Positions 63,742-64,000 of a DNA stretch of 64,000 bases are shown piece after piece. Positions within the stretch are counted from its first letter, which is position 1. Each line of letters opens with the position of its first letter. Both the position numbers and the translations under genes were made by a program. The notes beneath the pieces are model-generated. The model saw nothing but the letters and a program-made list of their open reading frames with translations, ran no database searches and was not told the DNA's origin. Origin of the DNA: a virus; IMG/VR virus record IMGVR_UViG_3300036791_001907, positions 1 to 64,000 of that record; one strand, given 5' to 3'.

Positions 63742-64000
63742 ATGCCATCGGGTGTCAAGAAGAAGTCATCAGCGCCGGCGCCGGCGCTCAAGTACGAGTT
63801 CCGGGCCTGCTTCCGGAGCCCGCTCGATCCCAACGTCGTCGCGGCGCGGCTCGAATGGCTCAGAACCAGACTGAGCCGGGACCCGGAGGGTCAGGACGTC
63901 CTGGAAGACGCCCGGCCCGTCGGCTCGCCGTTGCATGATCACTTCGACTGGAATGACTACGAGGCCGGCGAGAAGCATCGGCTCGGCCAGGCCACGGATC
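63742..64000 (+). CDS. Partner protein of the Cas7-like gene (3'-truncated by the window; absent from the ORF track)
   Basis: SD AAGGA; open to the window end: MPSGVKKK...DVLEDARPVGSPLHDHFDWNDYEAGEKHRLGQA. Confidence 0.7.
   Translation, partial: MPSGVKKKSSAPAPALKYEFRACFRSPLDPNVVAARLEWLRTRLSRDPEGQDVLEDARPVGSPLHDHFDWNDYEAGEKHRLGQATD

Noticed and set aside
1-64000. tRNA, rRNA, integrase or IS elements
   Set aside because: No cloverleaf, rRNA-like tract, recombinase or transposase motif was recognised by eye; a tRNAscan or Infernal run would be needed to exclude them.

Overview
This is a 64 kb, high-GC segment of a large tailed phage with a contractile (myovirus-type) tail. Every credible gene is on the + strand. 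Positions 1-47.0 kb hold a virion morphogenesis module: a methyltransferase fragment, endonuclease VII, two giant repeat-built fibre/adhesin genes, neck proteins, sheath, tube, a gp5/VgrG-like spike, chaperones, tape measure, baseplate genes with a sigma-70-family gene embedded among them, five paralogous Cys-rich fibre-base proteins and a collagen-like fibre. A terminator closes the module. Positions 47.1-64 kb hold accessory/early-type genes, including an AAA+ ATPase-DUF2997-DUF3150-like cluster, a SWIM zinc-finger pair and a Gp88-like Fe-S protein. The standout is 61.29-64.0 kb. Three non-coding arrays, each opened by the same 29-nt covarying hairpin leader, are built from 12 GGCAG-anchored units of strictly 5-nt-periodic GNY-NN modules. 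They lie directly upstream of a stand-alone Cas7/RAMP-like gene and a conserved partner gene. Reading only the variable NN dinucleotides of the last unit gives AC AT AG AA GC TT CC CA AA AT. This matches codon positions 1-2 of ten consecutive codons (TISNAFPQKI, 62854-62883) of the adjacent Cas7-like gene at 9 of 10 positions, and the one mismatch is a Ser TCN/AGY swap. That is direct in-window evidence for an RNA-guided, gapped (read two, skip one) targeting code. From memory it resembles the recently described VIPR-type systems, which should be verified. Family assignments come from motif recognition only; no searches were run.
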